Shown piece after piece: positions 28,074 through 35,899 of a stretch of 64,000 nucleotides of DNA (position 1 is the first letter of the stretch; each line of letters starts with the position of its first letter). The position numbers and the translations under genes were made by a program. The notes beneath the pieces were generated by a model. The model had not been told where the DNA came from and did no database searches. It saw only the letters and a program-made list of their open reading frames with translations. Source of the DNA: an uncultured Roseivirgaceae bacterium (GTDB lineage: Bacteria; Bacteroidota; Bacteroidia; Cytophagales; Cyclobacteriaceae); NCBI GenBank assembly GCA_964636035.1, contig CAZWQB010000001.1:7788-71787 (forward strand), given 5' to 3'.

Positions 28074-28859
28074 ATGAGATCTGACTTTTTTTTAAGATTC
28101 GCGTTACCAGCCGTGTTATTTTTTGCAGGATGCAGCGAAGATGACGTAGATAATGTAGCCCCCACAATTAGCAATGTAACCCTCAACGGGATGCCTGAAA
28201 ACATCATCATCAATGCCGGCACCGAGATCGAATTTGATGCCCAATTTGAAGACAATGTTCAACTAGGACAATACCGGATTAACATTCACGATAATTTTGA
28301 TGGCCATAACCACGGAAGAGTATTAGCATCTAATTTTTCTTATTCCCACACACAGGATTTAGAGGGGACTTCTGAAACGGTTCATGAACACATCCCGGTT
28401 CCTGCTGATGCTACTCCGGGACCTTATCATTTTTCAGTACAATATTTTGACGCCGAAGGAAACGAAGGGGAACCCAAATTTCTTCAATTTGAAATAGCAG
28501 ATCCAGCTAACCAACCCATCATTGAAATTACCTCTCATGATATTCTCCAGGAAATTGAAGTCGAAGTCGGCGGCAGTATTCGTCTCGAAGGGAAAATTGA
28601 AGACCCGGATGGGCTTGACGAAGTACATGTACAGTTAGCGGCGGAACACGACCATGACCACGAGCACGGAAAAGTGAGTGAGGATCCAATATTTGACCAG
28701 GAGTTGTCTTTAGATGGTGCTACGAGCTGGGAATTCTCAAACATGAGTGCAATTCAAATTCCTGAAGATGCATCTCCCGGCCATTATGCCTTAGACATCA
28801 GCGCTACTGATACCGAAGGGTATACGAAAACTGTTTCAATAGAAATATCTATTCAATAG
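28074..28859 (+). CDS. His-rich tandem-domain lipoprotein (DUF4625-like)
   Basis: Lipobox FFAGC followed by acidic SEDDVD. Two homologous Ig-like halves each carry a His cluster (IHDNFDGHNHG; AAEHDHDHEHG) and PG(P/H)Y...D(A/T)EG. Confidence 0.7.
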   Translation: MRSDFFLRFALPAVLFFAGCSEDDVDNVAPTISNVTLNGMPENIIINAGTEIEFDAQFEDNVQLGQYRINIHDNFDGHNHGRVLASNFSYSHTQDLEGTSETVHEHIPVPADATPGPYHFSVQYFDAEGNEGEPKFLQFEIADPANQPIIEITSHDILQEIEVEVGGSIRLEGKIEDPDGLDEVHVQLAAEHDHDHEHGKVSEDPIFDQELSLDGATSWEFSNMSAIQIPEDASPGHYALDISATDTEGYTKTVSIEISIQ

Positions 28860-28926
28860 CAGTAAAATTAATTCAACCCTTCCATTGAAGATTCAAGCAA
28901 TAAAACTTAACCGGGAGCAGACTGAA

Positions 28927-29289
28927 ATGAAACCTTCAAAGCTGAGTGCTGATGTTTTAGGAATTTTTAGCTCCATGCTCTGCGCACTTCACTGTACGGG
29001 TTTTCCTGCAGTGGTTTTTCTGTCATCTCTAAATGTCCAACTGATTCCAGGCGGGCATTGGATACATTATGCATTCATTGGAATTTCTCTGCTGGCGGTT
29101 ATTTGGAGTTCGAAAAAAGCTAATCCCCGGCTGCGCAAATTGCTGTGGGCATTTTTCATAGTTTTTTCTTTGGCTTTATTGCTTCATGAAATTATCCCGC
29201 AAGCCATCTACGTATCGCTGTCTGCTTCGATAGGATTGACCCTTGTTCATGGAATTAACTCATGGAAGATGCTTTTAGCAAAGGCCTAG
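28927..29289 (+). CDS. MerC-like small integral membrane protein
   Basis: About 120 aa with four hydrophobic helices and an N-terminal LGIFSSMLCALHCTGFP motif resembling MerC. I use ATG 28927 instead of the track TTG 28885. Confidence 0.6.
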   Translation: MKPSKLSADVLGIFSSMLCALHCTGFPAVVFLSSLNVQLIPGGHWIHYAFIGISLLAVIWSSKKANPRLRKLLWAFFIVFSLALLLHEIIPQAIYVSLSASIGLTLVHGINSWKMLLAKA

Positions 29290-29383
29290 CCGCTGATGAA
29301 CCTGAAGTTCGAAATTCTAACGGCAGGACATTATATAATCAGAATTTTCTGTATTTTTAATTTAGAACTCGAACCATACTAAC

Positions 29384-29896
29384 ATGCAGCAACCATATTC
29401 CCGCTTCTTCCTATTCTTTTTGACCTTCACCTGCATCCTTTCTGCTTGTAATGACGATGATGAGACACTGGTTGATGAAGACCTTACGGGTAAGGTCCTG
29501 ATCTATGACCTGGTGTCTGGCTCAGATTATAACGTAGATGGTACCATCACCTTTGAAGAAAAGCAAGATGGGAGCCTGAAGGCTACAATTAAAATTGGCG
29601 CAACCGGAGAGCCTTTATTGCACCCGGCACACCTGCATTATGGCAGTTATGCGAAAGACGCTGAAATGGCTGGGATGCTTGGTCCCGTGAACGGCGAAAC
29701 CGGTGAGGGCATAACCGAAATAGTTAAGTTGGCTGACGGATCGACACTCGGATTTGATGCCTTAAAAGACTTCGATGGACATGTAAAGATCCACGGCGAT
29801 GACGGTCCCAACAAAGACGTCATCCTCGCTTATGGTAATATTGGCAAAAACATTAATTTTTCAACTAACGCTACTGCGTTCGCTGTCTGTGAATAG
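29384..29896 (+). CDS. Lipoprotein with His motifs (CHRD- or Cu,Zn-SOD-like fold suspected)
   Basis: Lipobox ILSAC followed by NDDDE. Motifs HPAHLHYG and GHVKIHGDDG. 170 aa. Confidence 0.55.
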   Translation: MQQPYSRFFLFFLTFTCILSACNDDDETLVDEDLTGKVLIYDLVSGSDYNVDGTITFEEKQDGSLKATIKIGATGEPLLHPAHLHYGSYAKDAEMAGMLGPVNGETGEGITEIVKLADGSTLGFDALKDFDGHVKIHGDDGPNKDVILAYGNIGKNINFSTNATAFAVCE

Positions 29897-29907
29897 TCAA
29901 GTTCCTG

Positions 29908-31089
29908 CTACAAAAGCTTTGCGTGTGTACTGATCCACCTCTCAGGCAGTTCTCCCTTGGTAGCACTTTCGTAGTCTGAATAACTGCATGGAATAATGCA
30001 GTTTCTGCCAAAGCTCGCATCCCCGAGGCTCCGCACCTGCTTTCCTTTAGGATAAGGCACTTCCATCCACCACTTTTCGCTCATTTTGCTCTTGTAAAAA
30101 ATCAGTTTTTCCGGTTCTGAAGGCATAGACACCACATACCGCAGGTAATCATTTATCTTGAAATCCTTTTCGTTGCGCCTGTGGTAAAAGCCTTCGATAA
30201 AATACCATATCATAGTAGCTACCACCGAAGCTGTTTTCTGATTTTGATCATCGAAATCAGGATTGTATTCATAGAATCCTGCCGAACTCAGCTTGTCATT
30301 CAGGCCGGCATACCAGCAGATCTGACAGGCTTCCTCCCCTGACAAGCCAAATGCCTGCGGGCTGCTGTTGCCGGGAGCGTCGCTCGACTTAATGGCCGAA
30401 ATATCAAAGCTCATCATATCCGCATAACGAATCACCGGCTCCATTTCCTGAATGTTTTGGCGAATTTGGCCGAGGCGATGAGATTCAAAATATAGTTTTT
30501 CCAGTATGGCAATAGCAGATTGGTCTACTAAATAACTCTGATAGGCCAAATGGATAAAGTTGAAAAGATAGTTGGGTTCATACATCAGGATTTTATTAAT
30601 ATGCTTCCTGCTCATGTCCATTGCATCATTGGCTTCTAAATCCAGCATGGCATCCACATTCAAAAAACTGATGAGTTTCTCCATGTTTTCGTAAGCAAGG
30701 TATTGCCCGTAATCCAGGTCATGAGAGCCACCCACCAACAAAGGCAAAGTATTTTGTTCTATCAAGACATTACAGACCTCCTTTAATCTGAGGTAAGTAT
30801 CTTCCAGTGTATTTCCATTTCTTAAGTTCCCAAGATCGATGATTCGGTAGGCACCGCTACCCTTCTTAAGCGCATAAAGCTTTCTTCTTATAGCGTCTGC
30901 GGCTCTTTCCACGCCTACATTTCCCGAGCTTCCCCTGCTTTCCTGAAGGCCTATAATAGCTATGTCTGCCGATTTGAGGTCGGGATACATCTCCTTGTTG
31001 ATATGGATTGCATCAAAAAAAGTATTCTGGCCGCTAATGCCTTCATAAAGCGACTCATCCAGCGGGGTAAAGAAAATTTTTAAATCCAT
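29908..31089 (-). CDS. Arginase/formimidoylglutamase-fold protein with a C-terminal extension
   Basis: ADIAIIGLQESRG, LLVGGSHDL, NVDAMLD, MSFDISAIKSSDAPG and EYNPDFD align by eye to the arginase-family blocks. 393 aa. Confidence 0.7.
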   Translation of the reverse strand: MDLKIFFTPLDESLYEGISGQNTFFDAIHINKEMYPDLKSADIAIIGLQESRGSSGNVGVERAADAIRRKLYALKKGSGAYRIIDLGNLRNGNTLEDTYLRLKEVCNVLIEQNTLPLLVGGSHDLDYGQYLAYENMEKLISFLNVDAMLDLEANDAMDMSRKHINKILMYEPNYLFNFIHLAYQSYLVDQSAIAILEKLYFESHRLGQIRQNIQEMEPVIRYADMMSFDISAIKSSDAPGNSSPQAFGLSGEEACQICWYAGLNDKLSSAGFYEYNPDFDDQNQKTASVVATMIWYFIEGFYHRRNEKDFKINDYLRYVVSMPSEPEKLIFYKSKMSEKWWMEVPYPKGKQVRSLGDASFGRNCIIPCSYSDYESATKGELPERWISTHAKLL

Positions 31090-31282
31090 TCTCTCATCTT
31101 CAATTAATGTTGCTACTGAAAATTCTTAACCAGGTGCGGACAGTTCAATGGACCGGAATCTTTCTTAACGGTAGCTATGATTCTTTTAAGGCTTCATCTT
31201 TGAAAAATATTCCACCTGTTCTTGAAGTCAATATTATGGTCATAAAGATAAACAGAAGATGGAAACCCTGCTACTATAAAAC

Positions 31283-31308
31283 AAAAAAGCCTACTGTTAC
31301 AGCAGGCT
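31283..31308 (-). terminator. Rho-independent terminator after nqrF
   Basis: On the minus strand, AGCCTGCTG TAA CAGTAGGCT (8 of 9 bp) is followed by TTTTTTG. It lies about 30 nt after the nqrF stop. Confidence 0.6.
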
Positions 31309-31335
31309 TTCTTAATATTATTATTCTACTGACGA

Positions 31336-32637
31336 TTATCCGCCGAAATCATCAAATCGGATGTTTTCAGATGGAACACCCATATCATCCAACATTTTTA
31401 ATACGGCAGCATTCATCATAGGCGGACCGCACAGGTAGTATTCTATTTCCTCGGGTTCCGGATGGGTTTTCAGGTAGTTATCATAAAGCACCTGGTGAAT
31501 AAAGCCTACGTAACCGTCTTTATCATCTTCCAATGATTCCTTCACCTTCCAGTTGTCATCTGGCAGGGGTTCTGACAAACCAATATGGAACCTGAAGTTT
31601 GGAAAATCCTTTTCAATATTTCTGAAGTGATCTGTGTAGAACAATTCCCTTTTTGACCTTCCTCCGTACCAGTAAGAAACTTTTCTGTTTGTTTTTTGTG
31701 TATGGAATAAGTGAAATATGTGAGAGCGAAGTGGAGCCATTCCGGCACCTCCTCCAATATAGATCATTTCTCTTTGCGTCGGGTTAATATGGAATTCACC
31801 GTAAGGACCTGAAATTGTTACTTTGTCCCCTTTCTTCTTAGAAAACACATATGAAGAACAAATTCCCGGATTTACATCCATCCACTTGTTAGCAGCTCTA
31901 TCCCATGGTGGCGTGGCAATTCGAATATTCAACATGATGATGTTGCCTTCAGCAGGGTGATTTGCCATGGAATAAGCACGGAAGATGGGCTCATCATTTT
32001 TCATCACCAGGTCCCATAAACCAAACTTGTCCCAGTCTGACTGGTAAACATCCTGTTTGTGCCCCAGTTCCGGATGTGGGGTGATATCCATTTCCGAGAA
32101 CCTAACTTCACATTCAGGAACATCTATTTGTATGTATCCCCCTGACTCAAAATCCATGGTCTCCCCTTCAGGAAGCTTCACCACAAACTCTTTAATAAAG
32201 GTAGATACGTTGTAGTTGGATACAACCTCACATTCCCACTTTTTAATTCCAAAGATTTCTTCAGGAACACGAATATGCATGTCCTGCTTTACTTTCACCT
32301 GGCATGACAATCGCACTTTTTCTTTTTGCTCCGTACGGCTCAGGTGACCAACTTCCGTAGGCAATACCTCTCCACCACCATCTTCAACCACACACTTACA
32401 CATGGCGCAGGTTCCACCACCACCACATGCAGAGGGAAGAAAGATTTTAGAAGCAGAAAGTGTTGACAACAAACTTGATCCAGCCGAAGCCACTAAGGGA
32501 TTTTTCTCGTCGCCATTGATGAAAATTTTTACATCTCCCGATTGTACCAGTTTTGACTGTGCATAAAGCAAAATCAGTACAAGAAGCAAGATGATTAAAG
32601 TAAAAGCGACAATGGAAGTAATAACTATTGAAGTCAT
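31336..32637 (-). CDS. nqrF: Na+-translocating NADH:quinone oxidoreductase subunit F
   Basis: N-terminal TM helix, 2Fe-2S motif [12 protein letters not shown]...C, FAD motif RAYSMAN, NADH-binding GGGAGMAP. 433 aa. Confidence 0.9.
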   Translation of the reverse strand: MTSIVITSIVAFTLIILLLVLILLYAQSKLVQSGDVKIFINGDEKNPLVASAGSSLLSTLSASKIFLPSACGGGGTCAMCKCVVEDGGGEVLPTEVGHLSRTEQKEKVRLSCQVKVKQDMHIRVPEEIFGIKKWECEVVSNYNVSTFIKEFVVKLPEGETMDFESGGYIQIDVPECEVRFSEMDITPHPELGHKQDVYQSDWDKFGLWDLVMKNDEPIFRAYSMANHPAEGNIIMLNIRIATPPWDRAANKWMDVNPGICSSYVFSKKKGDKVTISGPYGEFHINPTQREMIYIGGGAGMAPLRSHIFHLFHTQKTNRKVSYWYGGRSKRELFYTDHFRNIEKDFPNFRFHIGLSEPLPDDNWKVKESLEDDKDGYVGFIHQVLYDNYLKTHPEPEEIEYYLCGPPMMNAAVLKMLDDMGVPSENIRFDDFGG

Positions 32638-32694
32638 TTAACTTATTATTAATTGAATGTAATTGACAGTATTTGGGAACCCTCAAAGGGAACA

Positions 32695-32702
32695 CAAATA
32701 TA
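32695..32702 (-). promoter_or_regulatory. -7 promoter box TATATTTG upstream of nqrF
   Basis: Exact TAnnTTTG match on the minus strand, about 58 nt upstream of the nqrF ATG. Confidence 0.35.
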
Positions 32703-32822
32703 TTTATAATATATTAAAACAATAAACTCGTATTCGGAAAATTTATTACACTAACAAGTTGGTTGTAAAGCTAACAACATATTATTTAAGAAAGTTGTAA
32801 AAGTGGTAATTTAACCATCAAA

Positions 32823-33803
32823 TTATACCAGGAGCCTTTTCCAGGTGCCCTTCAGCCTGTTATATTTTATGGTACTTGGAAGGGACTTCCACCAATATTT
32901 ATTCATTTCTACCGCAAATGAAGGTTGCATATAGCAATTGATTGTACAGCCTTCACACTCTGCATACCTACCCTCCATACCGATCAACCGTTGCACCTCT
33001 TCTGATCGATAAAGCGCTTTCAAATTATTATTGATGGGAATTGATTTTAACCCCAGGTGATAGCAGGGAAGTAGCAAATCATTCTCAGGCGAGATCACGA
33101 TGGTTGAACTCGCTGCTTTACAAACCGGATCCAATACCTTGTTCCCCCCATCTCTTCTCAGGGCGATGAAAGCCTCATTTAGAAAAACGAACTTTTTTCT
33201 TCCCCAGCTACTAATGGTATCGAGTGACTTTATGGAAAGCCCGGCCCCGGAGTCCACGCTATTATAGTCGAAAACAGGGTTTAGAATGAGAATTAAATCA
33301 TTGGGGAGGGAAATATTATGGTAAATAGCAGCGATTTGATCTATGTTCTCCTCGGTAACGGTAAAAATAATGTCTGGTTTTTCCCCAAGCTGCTTTGCAA
33401 TTTCTATTGATTTCATCACGAAATCAAAACAGGGCACTCCCCTGCTAGCATCATGCAAGCTTTTTTCACCCGCGTCAAGAGAGAAGTGAAGCATGTCCAC
33501 TTTACCTTGCAGCTTTTCGGCCCACTTTGGATAAAGCAGACAATTTGTAGTCAGTGTAGTAATGAAGCCCAGCTTTTTAGCGGTCGCTAGCAACAGATCT
33601 ATTTGCTGATGCAGTAAAGGCTCTCCTCCGGTAAAATCAATCACCTTTACCCCCAGCTGTTTTAAATCTTCCAAATTGGCTAGTACGGATTGCTCGTCCA
33701 CATAGGGTGAGGGGCGCTCCCATATATCGCAAAATCCGCACCGTGCATTACACCGATAGGTAACGTAGTAATTACACAATACAGGATGGGAGATTAACCG
33801 CAT
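32823..33803 (-). CDS. Radical SAM protein with a C-terminal Cys cluster, substrate unknown
   Basis: YRCNARCGFCDIW (CxxxCxxC), GGEPLL, and C-terminal CKAASS...LPCYH...ECEGCTINCY (SPASM/twitch-like). Starts 29 bp after accD. Confidence 0.7.
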   Translation of the reverse strand: MRLISHPVLCNYYVTYRCNARCGFCDIWERPSPYVDEQSVLANLEDLKQLGVKVIDFTGGEPLLHQQIDLLLATAKKLGFITTLTTNCLLYPKWAEKLQGKVDMLHFSLDAGEKSLHDASRGVPCFDFVMKSIEIAKQLGEKPDIIFTVTEENIDQIAAIYHNISLPNDLILILNPVFDYNSVDSGAGLSIKSLDTISSWGRKKFVFLNEAFIALRRDGGNKVLDPVCKAASSTIVISPENDLLLPCYHLGLKSIPINNNLKALYRSEEVQRLIGMEGRYAECEGCTINCYMQPSFAVEMNKYWWKSLPSTIKYNRLKGTWKRLLV

Positions 33804-33832
33804 AACCTAAATTAAGCCGGAATTCATCGACC

Positions 33833-34672
33833 TCATTGAAGCATTTTCAATAAAGTAGCAAGTTTCACTTTCAAATTTCTTCTATCAACAATAAAATCTA
33901 AGAATCCATGCTCCAAAACAAACTCCGAACTTTGAAATCCTTTGGGAAGATCTTTGCCAATTGTTTCCCTAATTACCCTGGGTCCTGCAAACCCGATCAA
34001 AGCACCTGGTTCTGCGATATTAAAATCACCCAACATTGCAAATGAAGCAGAAACGCCCCCGGTAGTAGGGTCGGTAAGAAGAGAAATGTAAGGTATTTTG
34101 GCTTCTGAAAGCAACGCAAGTTTAGCGGAAGTCTTGGCCATTTGCATGAGCGAAAATCCCGCTTCCATCATTCTTGCTCCACCAGATTTTGAGATCATCA
34201 GGAAGGGAATTTTATTATTGAGCGAGTAATCGATAGCCCGGGCAATTTTTTCCCCAACTACAGAACCCATGGAGCCGCCAATAAAGTTAAAATCCATACA
34301 GGCAATGACAAGAGGCAGTCCATTTAATTTTCCATGAGCAGTTCTCACCGCATCTTTAAGGCCGGACTTTTCCTGCGTAGCTTTAATTCTGCTCGGGTAG
34401 GGCTTACTATCTGTGAATTTGAGCGGATCAGCGGATGTCATATCAGGATCCAGCTCCACAAACTCATTATTATCAAATAAGATTTCAAAGTATTCTTTCG
34501 ATCCTATTCTTACATGGTAGTCATCTTCAGGACTCACATACGCGTTGTTTTTCAATTCCCTTGTATGGATAATTTTTCCTGTCGGCGTTTTATACCACAG
34601 ACCGTCCGGCGCTTCTTTTTTAGCTTCGGTAGGGGTAAGAATACCTTTGTCCTTTCTCTTGAACCAACTCAT
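33833..34672 (-). CDS. accD: Acetyl-CoA carboxylase carboxyltransferase beta subunit
   Basis: [12 protein letters not shown] and [10 protein letters not shown] carboxyltransferase motifs. 279 aa. Confidence 0.9.
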   Translation of the reverse strand: MSWFKRKDKGILTPTEAKKEAPDGLWYKTPTGKIIHTRELKNNAYVSPEDDYHVRIGSKEYFEILFDNNEFVELDPDMTSADPLKFTDSKPYPSRIKATQEKSGLKDAVRTAHGKLNGLPLVIACMDFNFIGGSMGSVVGEKIARAIDYSLNNKIPFLMISKSGGARMMEAGFSLMQMAKTSAKLALLSEAKIPYISLLTDPTTGGVSASFAMLGDFNIAEPGALIGFAGPRVIRETIGKDLPKGFQSSEFVLEHGFLDFIVDRRNLKVKLATLLKMLQ

Positions 34673-34718
34673 TGATACTATTTTTTAAAAAAACCTGTTT
34701 GAAGTTTGTCTACAGATG

Positions 34719-35171
34719 CTACGCATTAGTAACATCAGGCGACAAATATACATCTTGAATGGCATTTAACAATTCAACTCCCTGTTTCATTGGTCATTGA
34801 AATGCTTTTCTTCCCAAAATTAAACCCATTCCGCCCGCTCTTTCATAATTCTGATGTTTTTACTGCTTCTGTCGGGTCGGCATCCCCTCCAGATCCTCCC
34901 CTGAATTGATTAAGCCAGCTCTTCCCATATAGCAAATCATATATTTGGTCTCAGATTTTGAAAAATTTACAGCGGTCAAACCTCCGCTTCCTTCCTGTAA
35001 CTTTTTTTTAATGATATCAGCCTGAACGCCGGCGCGCAGGTGAATGACTTGCGCTGTCAAATCTACAGGAGTGTGGTGGCCCTTTTCGTACGTGTTAAAG
35101 ATATTTTTACAGGTAGGGCTTAGGGGATTATCTGCTTTATTCCCAAGATTTTCAAGTAGGCGGCTGGACAT
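34719..35171 (-). pseudogene. fbaB: Decayed class I (FbaB/DhnA-type) fructose-bisphosphate aldolase
   Basis: The 103-aa ORF joins an FbaB N-terminus (LLENLGNKADNPLSPTCKNI) directly to the C-terminal third (VDLTAQVIHL..ADIIKKKL..GG, CYMGRAGLINSG). The remaining C-terminus is in two other frames ([45 protein letters not shown]) with an in-frame TGA. Confidence 0.75.
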
Positions 35172-35337
35172 TAGAATGAAATCTAAGTAAAAAATACATC
35201 AGAAACGCAAAGATATCAAAATTTTATCTTGAAGCTACTGCGCCTATACCACAAAAAATTATAATCATACCTTACAAGGGTAATGAATTGTCGAATAGTG
35301 TTTTTCTGGATCATTAAGGCTGATCTACCTTAGAGGT

Positions 35338-35541
35338 ATGAAAAAACAGTTTAATAAGGCCCGAACGGTAACCTTGCTTTTGCTTTTATTTATAGGATTC
35401 TCAGTGTTTAGTTGTTCCAAAACAGTTTATGTAAGACAAAATGGAACTACCTATAACGACTACGAAGCTATGAAAAGCAAAAGGGTTGAAAAGAAGGATG
35501 CCAAAAAGCCCAAAACGTATGTGAAAAAGCAAAACTGGTAA
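35338..35541 (+). CDS. Small Lys-rich lipoprotein
   Basis: 67 aa with signal peptide plus lipobox (GFSVFSC), followed by a strong terminator. Confidence 0.5.
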   Translation: MKKQFNKARTVTLLLLLFIGFSVFSCSKTVYVRQNGTTYNDYEAMKSKRVEKKDAKKPKTYVKKQNW

Positions 35542-35576
35542 AAAAAAAGCCTTGATGTAAATCAGGGCTTTTTTTA
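35541..35576. terminator. Bidirectional Rho-independent terminator
   Basis: A8 - GCCTTGAT GTAA ATCAGGGC - T7: an 8-bp stem (one G-U) with a GTAA loop, flanked by A and T runs. It lies between convergent genes 35338-35541 (+) and 35610-35870 (-). Confidence 0.8.
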
Positions 35577-35609
35577 TAGTCATATATGTGAGAGGTTCTC
35601 AGGCAAGAC

Positions 35610-35870
35610 TTACTTAACTTCCTCGTAGTCTACGTATTCTCCTCCTTTAAATTCCTTGCCTTTTGTGGAGTTTCCATTTTTTGGGACGTAATCAATATCC
35701 ACATTTCCATTTGTTGTCCGGCGGTGCTGATAATTGCTGCGTGACTGCTGAAATGACTGCGACTCCTGCATCTTATTGCCCAGCGATATGAAAAAGGTTT
35801 TCAGTAAAAACCCTCCTAGTTTATAAATCAGGTAGCATATTAAAAATGTTATTAAAAGAAATTTAATCAT
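35610..35870 (-). CDS. DUF4834-like small membrane protein
   Basis: N-terminal TM helix (MIKFLLITFLICYLIY), a Q/S/N-rich linker and a C-terminal GGEYVDYEEVK, as in Bacteroidota DUF4834 proteins. Confidence 0.55.
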   Translation of the reverse strand: MIKFLLITFLICYLIYKLGGFLLKTFFISLGNKMQESQSFQQSRSNYQHRRTTNGNVDIDYVPKNGNSTKGKEFKGGEYVDYEEVK

Positions 35871-35899
35871 GAACGTTAGATTTTCTATATCTAATAAAC

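Noticed and set aside
31107-31421. 104-aa plus-strand ORF
   Set aside because: It overlaps the 3' end of nqrF and its terminator. Its composition is low-complexity and hydrophobic/basic, typical of noise.
34800-34815. In-frame TGA within the aldolase remnant as possible selenocysteine or programmed readthrough
   Set aside because: The same gene also has a large internal deletion and at least two frameshifts, so decay is the simpler explanation.
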